Shown one piece after another: positions 22,588 through 33,341 of a DNA stretch of 45,942 bases. The notes under the pieces are model-generated. The model was not told the DNA's origin. It saw nothing but the letters and a program-made list of their open reading frames with translations, and ran no database searches. The DNA comes from Craspedostauros australis (Eukaryota). Within the stretch, counting starts at the first letter, position 1. Each line of letters begins with the position of its first letter. A program made the translations under genes and the position numbers. The stretch spans positions 1 to 45,942 of the forward strand of contig JALAGF010003398.1 in assembly GCA_030167865.1 (NCBI GenBank), read 5' to 3'.

Positions 22588-25500
22588 ATGGCGAAGAAGA
22601 AGAGATCCAGATCAAAGTCGAAGTCAAAGTCAAAGTCGAAAAGCAGCAGTGAGGGCAAGGGACTCACATTCGGCGCTTCGGGTGGAGATGACGACATCGA
22701 TAAGAGCGACATAGTGACGTCCCTTCCCACCGATGAGGAGGAACGCAACATGGCATCGGACGACGTTCGTCGGAAGGAGGATCTGGAGAATCTGGATGAA
22801 GGTCGCGTAAGCAACCATCCCAGCACGCTGGCCGCATCCAAGGGCAAGGTACGGAACGGCAAACTACAGATACTCTGTTCTGAAACACGCACCCTGTTTG
22901 GTTGTTTGTGTGTGCGTTGGTGTGCGTTGGTGTCTCTGATGTATTGGAATGCGCTCTCACTGCAAAGTACGGCATATCATCATGCTCCTGTATCTTCTTG
23001 GGATGTGTATGTCATTTCATGCCCCAACCACTCCCCTGCCCATGCGTTTATGCGTTTCAATGCACGTCCATACATCTTCTCACCTTATCCCTTTATGCAT
23101 TCACATACGTCCATTGTTCATCTTGAACCTCGCCAACATATATCTAACATCAATATCAACATTCACATCAACATCAACATTCACATCAACACTACACACA
23201 TAACTCAAAACGCAGAGGGTCGGAGAGGAGGATGACGGCGATGATGTCGATCCCTTCAAAGATGCCATGGGTGGAACCGGACTCGTCAATACGCGAATCA
23301 GCGACCGTGAGGGAAGCTACCAGAAGAGACGTCACAACCGCATGCTGCGCGAGGATGGCCTCTCCTTCAAGGAGACTATGGCTCAGGCCAACATGGAGAA
23401 GGAGAAGGAAGAGCTCATCCGCGAGTTGAACAAGGATGATGACGATATAGATGGTGGTGGGAACGACAGCAAGCCCAGCAGCGGAAGCGATGTCAAGACG
23501 GAGGACAGCAGCAGTGCGCCGAAGAAAGCATCCAAGCCACGCAGAAAGCGCAGGTGGGATCAGGGTGGTTCATCCGCCAGCAGCGGTTTGCCTCAATCTG
23601 CGGCAGACGCGCCATCTGGCATAGTGACGGACACTGAAGCGGACGCCGCATCCATCATTTCCAAAACGAAATCAAAGCGCGATGAGGATTCTGCAACGAG
23701 CAAGAAGAAGAGGAGGTGGGACGAAACACCCGCCGCATCTGTGACAGCAAAAGTATCGGAAACGACAACAGCCTCAACCACCAGCAAGTGGGATGCCACA
23801 CCAGCAGCGGGTAGCGCCACAACCCAAAAGCGAAATCGGTGGGAGGCATCGCCTCCCTCTGCTGGCACTGCTGCTGCTGCTGCTGCTGCTGGCGGTGCGC
23901 CGGTGACAGGCAACATGGCAAAGACGATGTCATTCGACAAGGAGATGGAATCGCGCAATCGTCCATGGACAAAAGCAGCGCTCGAAGCGATTCTGCCATC
24001 CGACGGATACGCCATCCTGCACCCGCCACAGGGTTACGTCCCCCTGCGAACCCCAGGTCGCAAGCTCCTAGCAGCTCCAGATGCAGCGGAGGAGAGCCAG
24101 GATGGATTCCAGATGGAGATCCCGGTCGAACAGAGGCAGGACGCCAGCATTCAGGAAATCCGCGAGGCGTACGGAGTCCCGCTTGCGCCCACCGCGGCGG
24201 AGGGCAGCGAGGTAGGAGCCTTGCCGTACATCAAACCGGAGGATATGCAGTACTTTGGCCGTCTCACGGAGAAGGTGGAGGACGGCAAGGCGAACAAGGA
24301 TGAGATGAACGAACGTCGCATCATGGCCTTGCTCCTCAAGATCAAGAGCGGAACGCCACCACAACGCAAAACCGCCATGCGTCAGATCACCGACCGTGCG
24401 CGGTCCTTCGGAGCGGGGCCGTTGTTCAACCAAATCCTGCCCTTGCTCATGAGCCCGACGCTCGAGGATCAGGAACGGCATCTCCTCGTGAAGGTCATTG
24501 ATCGCGTCCTGTACAAGCTCGATGACCTGGTCCGTCCATTCGTCCATCGCATCCTCGCCGTCATCGAGCCATTGCTGATCGACGAAGACTACTACGCCCG
24601 CGTCGAGGGACGTGAGATCATCAGCAACCTCGCCAAGGCAGCTGGGCTGGCCACCATGATCGCCACCATGCGCCCGGACATCGACTCGCCCGATGAGTAC
24701 GTGCGCAACGTCACTTCGCGTGCCGTGGCGGTTGTAGCCAGCGCCTTGGGCGTCCCATCGCTGCTCCCATTCCTCAAGGCCGTCTGCCAATCCAGAAAGT
24801 CGTGGCAGGCCCGCCACACTGGAATCAAGGTCATCCAGCAGATTGCCCTGCTGATGGGCGTCGCCATCCTACCGTACCTGCGTGAGCTCGTGGACATCGT
24901 TGCGCATGGCTTGACGGATGACATGCAGAAGGTCCGCATCATGACGGCCCTGACTTGCGCCGCGCTTGCCGAGGCCGCAAATCCGTATGGTATCGAAAGC
25001 TTCGACTCCGTCATCCGCCCACTGTGGAAGGGTGCGCTCGAGCAGCACGGCAAGGCCTTGGCCGCCTTCCTCAAGGCCATCGGATTCGTGATCCCATTGA
25101 TGGAGGAGAGCTACGCCAGTCACTACACGCGTCTCGTCATGCCCATCCTAATCCGCGAATTCCATTCCCCCGACGAAGAGATGAAGCGAATCGTCCTCAA
25201 GGTGATCCAGCAATGCGTGTCCACCGCAGGTGTGGAGCCGGATTACATCCGCAAGGACATCCTGCCAGAATTCTTCAAGAACTTCTGGATCCGTCGCATG
25301 GCGTTGGATAGGCGCAACTACAAGCAGGTCGTGGAGACCACCGAGGAGCTCGCGAACAAGGTCGGTTCCTCCGACATCGTCAGCCGCATCGTGGACGACC
25401 TCAAGGACGACTCCGAACCGTACAGGCGCATGGTGATGGAGACACTGCGCAAGGTCATGGACAACCTCGGGGCCGCGGACATTGATGATCGGCTGGAGGA

Positions 25501-26782
25501 GCAGCTCATCGACGGCATCCTGTACGCATTCCAGGAGCAGGCCGTGGATGCGAGCGCCAGTGCCAGCGGCGGACTTGGACGTGAGAGCCAGGTGATGCTG
25601 GACGGGTTCGGAAGCGTCGTGGTGGCGCTCGGAGAACGCTGCAAGCCGTATCTGAAGCAGATTGTGGCAACCGTCAAGTGGCGTCTCAACAACAAGGCTG
25701 CCACTGTCCGAATGCAAGCGGCAGATCTGGTCGGCCGCATCGCTGTGGTCATGAAGGCGTGTGACGAGGATCAGCTCATGGGGCATTTGGGTGTGGTGCT
25801 GTACGAGTACCTCGGAGAAGAGTATCCTGAAGTTCTGGGATCGATCCTGGGTGCTTTGCGCGCCATCGTGAATGTCATCGGAATGACGAAGATGACGCCA
25901 CCCATCCGTGATCTGTTGCCACGCCTCACTCCCATCCTGCGCAACAGGCACGAGAAGGTGCAGGAGAACTGCATTGACCTGGTCGGCCGTGTGGCTGACC
26001 GCGGAGCCGAATTCGTCTCCGCAAAGGAATGGATGCGCATCTGCTTCGAACTGCTGGAGATGCTCAAGGCTCACAAGAAAGCCATCCGACGCGCAGCCGT
26101 GAGCACGTTCGGTTTCATCGCCAAAGCCATCGGTCCACAGGATGTCCTGCACACCCTGCTCAACAACCTCAAGGTGCAGGACCGTCAGATGAGAGTCTGC
26201 ACGACGGTGGCCATCGCCATCGTGGCCGAGACTTGCGGTCCCTTCACCGTCCTCCCCGCCCTGATGAACGAGTACCGAGTGCCAGAAATCAACATCCAGA
26301 ACGGTGTGCTGAAGGCGATGAGCTTCATGTTCGAGTACATCGGCGACATGGGCAAGGACTACATCTTCGCCGTCACCCCGCTGCTGGAGGATGCCATCAC
26401 GGACCGCGACCCTGTCCATCGACAGACAGGATGCGCCGCGGTGAAGCATCTGGCGTTGGGCGTCACGGGCCTTGGCTGCGAGGAAGCTCTCATCCATTTG
26501 CTCAACCTCGTGTGGCCCAACATCTTCGAGGAAAGCCCGCACGTGCTGCAGGCCGTGTTCGATGCCATCCAGGGTCTCATGGTGGCCCTCGGTCCAAACG
26601 TCATCCTCCAATACGTCATGCAGGGTCTGTACCATCCAGCCAGGAAGGTCCGCGAGGTGTACTGGCGTGTGTACAACACCCTGTACATATACAAGGCTGA
26701 TGCATTGGTCATGGGGTATCCGATGATTGAAGACGAGGAATCCAACACGTACGCACGAACAACCCTCGAATTGTTCATCTAA
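22588..26782 (+). CDS. SF3B1: Splicing factor 3B subunit 1 (U2 snRNP) (~1275 aa, 2 exons)
   Basis: Exons 22588-22848 and 23216-26782. ULM motifs (RRWD, RRWDETP, SKWDATP, RNRWE), the segment [12 protein letters not shown], and highly conserved HEAT repeats ([40 protein letters not shown]). Confidence 0.97.
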
Positions 26783-27008
26783 GGCTACGAGCATGTACGG
26801 ACGGACGGACACTAGTGCTGCTTTCTTTATCATTGACTACTCTGTGTTGGCAATATGACGAGGATAATAGGAGTGCTTATCACACCATACCATAGATCCT
26901 CCTCCAGAGAGAGCATGAATGAGCGACATTTGCTTTGTGTTGCAGTGATTGTGTTGCGTTGCGCGATCCGAGAGGAGATCGTCAACCTCTCGAACGCTGC
27001 CACGTCCT

Positions 27009-28127
27009 TCACGATATCTCAGAATGCGCACACAGATCATCGAAAAGAAGCGTCCACAGCTCCATCAGAGTCTCCAAATGAGAGATCGTGCATTCATCAT
27101 TTTGTGACAGCAACCTGGGATTGGTCGTTCTGCGTTCGAACATCACGCGGGACTTTCGGTCGCTGTACTTGGTCAATCCGTGAATTCGTTTCTGGACGAT
27201 CCGCTGGAGTGTTTGGATGGAAGTCGATTTGCGTTTCAAGTTCAACCGCGTGACATCGGCTTTCTTGTGAAGCAAGTTGGCGATGAAACCGAACGATGCG
27301 GGCGAGATTTGGCGCAGAGCGCGGTTGCGAGGGCCCTGCATAGAAGACTGTTGCGTTGCGGCTCCGTCTGCACCTGCAGTTGAAGGCGCATTCATTGTCG
27401 GGATGCGATGAGCTGATCTATTGCTGGTGGTGCCAAACCACGATTCTGTACGGTGTGATGTGATACCAGCAGCTTGCGGTTGCGTTGACAACGCCCGCAT
27501 CATCCTCTTGGCCTCTGCGCTGGCTACGTTAGAGTATCGAGCATTGGTGATCCTCTCCTTGATGGGCTTCCGCTGGTCCATGTACTCATGAATGAGACTC
27601 CAGACATGTCGATCCACCCTGCCTTCATCAAGAGAGGCAAACGCTGATGGTTGTTCGTAGAGTGCCTTGAGCATGGCCAAGTGGAACGGGTGGAATGGTT
27701 GCAGCGCTTTCTGTTGTTCTTGTTCTTGTTGCATTGGCTGTTGTATTGGCTGCTGCTGCTGCGGCTCACCTTGTTGAGGTTGATGGTACGGGACCTTCGT
27801 ACTTGCGTCATTTGCACCGTCATCATCACAACGCTTTCGTTTCATTGAGCCATTGTCAGTAGCTGCATCTGTGCTTGCTGCCTCTTGGCGCGAATTTGAT
27901 ACCGTGACCGTGGCTGCTCTCACAGTACTCGCAGCCGCTCCTGCGTTAGGAATGGCCAGGTCTCCAGGTCGTTCCTGGTTGCCTTGGTTGGCATCGCCAT
28001 GGGGTTGTCGCACGGATACGAGCGTTACTTCTGCTGTGTCCGCATCAACTTCGATGGCTCCGCTTGTGTTCGCACCATCTCCGACAGGATTGCTCCCGTC
28101 TATCACTATTGCCACTCTTGCGCTCAT
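27009..28127 (-). CDS. Hypothetical protein (~372 aa) with a Q-rich low-complexity centre and a possible NLS (MKRKR)
   Basis: Long ORF filling the gap between SF3B1 and FIS1 with no overlapping gene. No domain recognised. Confidence 0.6.
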   Translation of the reverse strand: MSARVAIVIDGSNPVGDGANTSGAIEVDADTAEVTLVSVRQPHGDANQGNQERPGDLAIPNAGAAASTVRAATVTVSNSRQEAASTDAATDNGSMKRKRCDDDGANDASTKVPYHQPQQGEPQQQQPIQQPMQQEQEQQKALQPFHPFHLAMLKALYEQPSAFASLDEGRVDRHVWSLIHEYMDQRKPIKERITNARYSNVASAEAKRMMRALSTQPQAAGITSHRTESWFGTTSNRSAHRIPTMNAPSTAGADGAATQQSSMQGPRNRALRQISPASFGFIANLLHKKADVTRLNLKRKSTSIQTLQRIVQKRIHGLTKYSDRKSRVMFERRTTNPRLLSQNDECTISHLETLMELWTLLFDDLCAHSEIS

Positions 28128-28781
28128 TTCCAAATTGGTGTGGTGGAATACAGTGTTTACCTTCCTGTAGCAGACACGTCAATCGGCAAATGATATGATG
28201 GATGGATGGATCAGAGTGGACCGAATCAAGTAGTGCAACGCGGAAGCGATGGAAGGGAGAAACAGAGACGGAGCAACACAGAATGATGAGTGGCATCATG
28301 TTCGACATCATACCTCCAGTGCTCTCCCACACGAAGTGTGCTCTCATCACAGCGCAACAAACAACAACAACAACATTCACAAACGTTAGAGTTGTGCTAT
28401 TTTCAAAAATGGGATTGTTTTGCTCTTAAGTGTCGAACTGATACTACACGAGATTTAGGTCGCACATCCCAGTCCCGTTTACTCCACCCAATTCGTGGAA
28501 GGCGATGGTGAAGTCCAAAGAGATCGCAAGATTTCGGAGCGATTCGTGCGGCACAAAAGCGAGTGGACGCAACAACACAAAAGGAACGAGAGGAGGGAAC
28601 ACGAGAACACGAACCAAGAAGCTCAAGGGTTGTGGGAAAGAACACAAACACAACAACAAACGAAACCAACAACCAAACACAACAGCACGCACAACACGAA
28701 CAAGAACACCCCAGCCACTCCACTCTCCTCCAAACTACTCCAACCTACTCGACAAACACATTCGCAAACAAAGACAGGAAG

Positions 28782-29267
28782 ATGGGCGAAACGAAACGCG
28801 CGCAGAAGCAGACCAAGCAGCAGCTCGACGACAAGCTGCGGTTGGCCCAACCCAGCCGTCAGATCCTGGAGGACCTGGCCGTGGCCTGCGCCAAGGACCC
28901 AAGCCCCGACAACACCTTCCAGTACGCCTTCTGCCTGTCCAAATCGTCGGAGCCATCGGAGCTGCGCTACGCCGTGACCATCCTCGATGGTTTGGTCAAG
29001 GAAGGATACGAGCATCAGGTCGATTGCATGTACGGTGCCGCGGTGGCGTTGTACTTGCTGGAGGATTACGATGCGGCGCAGAATCGTTGCGAATCCATCC
29101 TTCGGTCCAGACCAGAGTCTCGCACCACGTCGGAGCTTCACTTGGCATGCATCGAGGCAAGGGAAGTGAAGGAACGGGAAGAAACGAAGAAGGTGGTGAC
29201 CGGGGTCGGAGCGGCTGTGGCGATTGGTCTGGCTGCCGGGGTTGCGAGCCTCTTCCTCAAGCGCTAG
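28782..29267 (+). CDS. FIS1: Mitochondrial/peroxisomal fission protein FIS1 (161 aa)
   Basis: TPR-like FQYAFCLSKS...AVTIL and DCMYGAAVALYLLEDYDAA...IL...PE. C-terminal tail anchor VVTGVGAAVAIGLAAGVASLF followed by LKR. Confidence 0.88.
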   Translation: MGETKRAQKQTKQQLDDKLRLAQPSRQILEDLAVACAKDPSPDNTFQYAFCLSKSSEPSELRYAVTILDGLVKEGYEHQVDCMYGAAVALYLLEDYDAAQNRCESILRSRPESRTTSELHLACIEAREVKEREETKKVVTGVGAAVAIGLAAGVASLFLKR

Positions 29268-29310
29268 GACAGAGGTCCGAGCCGTATCGTGACGGAGAGA
29301 CCTCCAGTAA

Positions 29311-29335
29311 TCTCTCTCTCTCTCTCTCTCTCTCT
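29311..29335. repeat. (TC)n microsatellite
   Basis: Read directly, just 3' of FIS1. Confidence 0.95.
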
Positions 29336-29848
29336 GTAAAGAGTGAAAGAGGAAGACACAGCGAGAGAGACATGGCAGGAGAGGATATTGCCGTCTTCAA
29401 GATAATGAAAGTACGTAGCACCATGTGTATCAATACATCTGGGGTGTTATTGCCCGGTACCCCTGCGCCTTCCGTTGCAGTTCATAAGCAGTGCGCAATA
29501 CAAGATTACTGCAAGTACAGGAATAGAGCAAAGTGTTTGCTATGGTACCATGGCCACAGAGTTGGCTGAGTTTGGACTCACGCTGAGCGGTCAAATCTCC
29601 GTGTGTCTCTCCAGAGAGAGCGGGAGACAGAGATCCCCCATTCTACTTCCACATACCCTGTTGATGTCTCCAAATGCCATCACGTTGTGTACGTGTGTAC
29701 TGGTGGGACCAACAACAAGAAGATTCGCTGCTTTGTCGATGCGTTTCGGTTGTTGTTGTCTAATGGTATCATTCGTCCGTTCTTTGGTTCGTTCATCCAC
29801 TCCAACCAACCATGCATCTATTAGTCTGCCCGTCCGTGTGAACGCAAA

Positions 29849-31069
29849 TTACGACCGCGCACCCACATCGATCAACTCTTGGACGTAATGCATTGTGAAT
29901 AGCGAACAGGATGAGACGACGGCCGTCGTGGCCAAACCGGCCTCTTCGATTGCCTCCTTGAGTAGCTCGAAGAGGGCAACCCACGCCATGGCACCACCAG
30001 CAAAGCCCAATCCAACTGGAAGCACTGGAATGAAGTGATGCACGAATTCGTAAGCGGGAACGGCCATCAGCGGTTGCGGGATGCTGGAGAGCACGGCCCA
30101 GAGGAAGGCTTCTGGGATGCTGGTGCCTCGTGGCAGTAATGTGACTGCCATGGCGAGGCCCTCCGGGATATTGTGCACGGCGAGACTGGCCGAGATGAAG
30201 ACGCCCAGTTCGCTGCCGTGGCTGCCGCCGAAGCTGACACCGATTCCAACGCCCTCCGAAAAGGAATGCAGCGTCATGACGAAGAATATCAGCAGGGCTC
30301 TTTTGGCGTCCGCACCACCCAAGCTCCCGATGCTGAGCTCTTCATGGCTCGACAAGAATTTCTCTGTGATTCGAATGAAAATAAGCCCGATGACAGCCCC
30401 GATGCCTGTTCTGGTGTAGCTGTCCAATTCTGCAGTGTCATGCGGATCGTCGAAGTTGCACCCCTCCGTAACAAGCGAGTAGCTGGCAGCAATCATCATA
30501 CCGGCGGCGGCGGCTGAAGATAGTTAGTAGCAATGGCGGTAGCAAAAGTGGCGGCCGGAATGATTGAATTATGAAAGGTTAGAAGAGCCATATATGTACA
30601 AAGGTAGGAAATTGCTGGAAGAACAAGATAAAGCAATCATTTGCTTGGAGACCGAATTGTTTGTGTGGAGTGGCAATGCCAACAATGCCAACCTCATCAG
30701 AGAGGGTGGCAATGATGATTTCGATAACACCGATGATCAGAACGATCTCCTTGACTGGCTGCTTGTCTGTGTTTGGTGGTTCTGTTTTTGCTGTTGAAAG
30801 GATTGGAAATGACATCATGCCCATCATATGTCGGAGCATGAAGCAGGCTTACCATTGGATATTCCGACCCAATACTCTGCCAGATTTTTTGTCAGCATCA
30901 ATGGCAACACGCCAAAGCCTGTGCTTATCGCAGTCAGCCACCCGTAATAGAAGACATGTTGTATCGATGGCTCCTCTCCATGATGTGGCTGGAAGGGTGT
31001 TGGAATTGTGATGTATGAGATGAGCGCGAGCGCCACGATGCCGCCATAGACGTAGGGTGAGTCTGGCAT
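29849..31069 (-). CDS. ZIP-family (GufA/ZupT-like) divalent metal transporter (~293 aa, 2 exons)
   Basis: Exons 31069-30853 and 30513-29849 (phase 1; junction SN|AAAAGMMIAAS). TM4 LHSFSEG, TM5 AVHNIPEG and GFAGGAM. Confidence 0.9.
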
Positions 31070-31686
31070 GGTCTTCCGTTGTGAAATTCTCGATTGGTTG
31101 CGATGGACAAAGGAGTGGATTGATGATCAATGACTCCGCACAGCTGTCGTCTGTTCTGAGTCGATCGCTGCCTTCGTCCTTCCTTGGTTGCCTCCAACGC
31201 CGTCTTCCTTTGAGTATGGTGGACGGAGGTCAATAAATCCTCGCGAAGTTTCGTTCTTCGCGACGAGCAACAGCAATAATGTCGAGGTTGACAGTGTCAA
31301 CGATCTGTGCTTGTCTGTCGCCCCAGCCGTCTGAAATCTGCTTTTCGGTCGTTCTTTCTCAATCCAATTCAATGCGTCGAAATGCAGTACTCTCTCTTTG
31401 TCTCCTCTCTTCTCCTCTTTGTTGTGCTCTGCTCTGCTCTGCGTTGTAAAGCTACTGGTATGAAGTCCGATGCGGCGCGATGCAATGCAGTGCGGAGTAT
31501 TAGCTTGAAGTGGTGGCAAACTGATTTGATGTCCTCACAGCTGGTGCTTGTATGCTTTGTAGTCGCAGAGGCACAGAACCGCACTCAAGCACAAGAGGTT
31601 GAATGAACGCAGCGTCCCCGAAGTTGATGTTGGGAATGGATGGCGTTGTTTGCGATCCTCTCTCTCCCTGGCGTCCTCTCTGGTCT

Positions 31687-31713
31687 TCTCTCTCTCTCTC
31701 TCTCTCTCTCTCT
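31687..31713. repeat. (TC)n microsatellite
   Basis: Read directly. Confidence 0.95.
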
Positions 31714-32433
31714 TCTGCATCCGACATCACCGTCGTTGACACCGCGCAAATTACGATCCGCTTCCACTCACAACCACCACAATTTCGGAGGCGTTCAGCC
31801 AAAGACATCATCACCAACCAAAGAAACGCAAGAGAGACAAGCAACCATCTCCCACCCGCATCCACCACGTACCAACGGACCAACCAATGATTTTTTGAAC
31901 GACTCGTTGTTGTTTGGTTCGCGTGTTTCATCCCCATCCGCCGTCTGTCCGTGTCTCACGCGATCACCAAACAACAAAACGTCTTCATCTGCAGCGGACA
32001 CCAACACTGCCAATATTTCGGACAAACTGACACATGGCAACGAATAAAGTGTCAAGAGTCGACCAACACGACCTCACCACCTCACTTTTTGTGAGCGCAA
32101 AACGATTTCGCCACAACGAACGCACCACGTATTTCGCGATCGTGTCATCAAATTCAGCGTCTCTCCTCTTGTCCTGCTGTCCTTGTGACTCATGTCAAAA
32201 GACGAAGCGCAGACATCACCCATCATCTCGGACGTTCGTTGCAGCGAACGGCCCCATCCCTTCGTCTCTTCGTCTCTTCGTCTCTTTCCTCTCCTCCCCA
32301 GCCTGACTGTTGAGGAGCGACGGTGGGTCCGATCACAAACATCAACTTGGCCACAATTCTTCCCTCCCTCCGAAAGACTCATCCAATTTGCACATTCAGC
32401 TCTGCTCGCTTCGGCACACCTCAATTCACGACC

Positions 32434-32868
32434 ATGCGCTCCGTCTCCAGTTCCGCCGCAGTCCTTCTGTGCTCGTCGCTCCTCGTGAGCCAGTCCGCCG
32501 CATTCCAGGTCAGCAACCCAGCTGTCTCGAGAGCGACGGCAGCAGCCCCGCCATCATCAACGACCGAGCTCCATATCTTCGGCAACGCCCTCAAGGACGC
32601 ATTCGGCAACGAAGACATGGGAAAGAAACAAAATGCGGGACTTTCGAATGGCCCCAACATCAATGAAGCCGTCCAAGTCAACGGCAAGCCAGTCAAGGGT
32701 GCCGTCGTGGGACAGAAGATTACTGCCGTCGCCAACAAGGTCCGCGTCAAGATCCCCGTCAACTGCCAGCAGGGAGATTGCGGCACCTGCGTGGTGCGTG
32801 TCAATGGTCGCAAGGTCAAGGCCTGCCAGACCGTTCTGGGTTCCGTCAAGACATCCATTCAGACTTGA
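32434..32868 (+). CDS. Plastid-targeted small 2Fe-2S ferredoxin-like protein (144 aa)
   Basis: Signal peptide ending QSAA|FQV plus a transit peptide ending TELH. Cluster motif CQQGDCGTC-x11-C (KACQT). Confidence 0.85.
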   Translation: MRSVSSSAAVLLCSSLLVSQSAAFQVSNPAVSRATAAAPPSSTTELHIFGNALKDAFGNEDMGKKQNAGLSNGPNINEAVQVNGKPVKGAVVGQKITAVANKVRVKIPVNCQQGDCGTCVVRVNGRKVKACQTVLGSVKTSIQT

Positions 32869-33341
32869 GCAGCGATCGTGAACACGAGCGTCGTTTGAAT
32901 TCATTCCTGCATTCATTGATTGATGGAGCGATGCATCCTCTGCCACACCAACCCTTTTCCCATTCTACCATACCAAACGCACCCCACTACGAAACAAAAA
33001 CAACCACAAATTACCAATTAAGAGACCTCTTATCGGACACCGAACACACACATGCATGCATACAGAAATACCTGAATGGATGCACTGACGCACGCACGTA
33101 GATGGGTCAACAACATCAGACCAGCAGAATCGTATCGCATCGTGTTCCACAATGATTCTATTTGTCGCTCGTATAATATCAATTATACTTCGCAAGCAAG
33201 AGGGCTGCTGCCTCAGACGTCAAGTAGACAATATGCTCATTGAGTTTCCCACCACCAATTCCTACTTTGACCATTGTGACTCTGGCATCCAACACAGTTT
33301 GCCCAGTACAGCGCTCTATACGAGTGTACTCTATTCGTAGC

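Noticed and set aside
23146-23190. (AACATY/CACATC)-type hexamer tract in the SF3B1 intron reading as NININIHI
   Set aside because: Degenerate intronic microsatellite upstream of the branch/acceptor region; it is removed by the in-frame splice.
25148-26833. 561-aa ORF antisense to SF3B1, and similar long antisense/overlapping ORFs (for example 19882-20997, 43599-44678, 9808-10536, 28505-29569)
   Set aside because: Shadow ORFs. The strong C/G third-position bias of the real genes removes stops from other frames, and the translations have no recognisable motifs.
30579-30839. 86-aa ORF with a hydrophobic stretch nested in the ZIP intron
   Set aside because: The flanking exons join in frame into a complete ZIP without it; it has no coding-type codon bias or motif.
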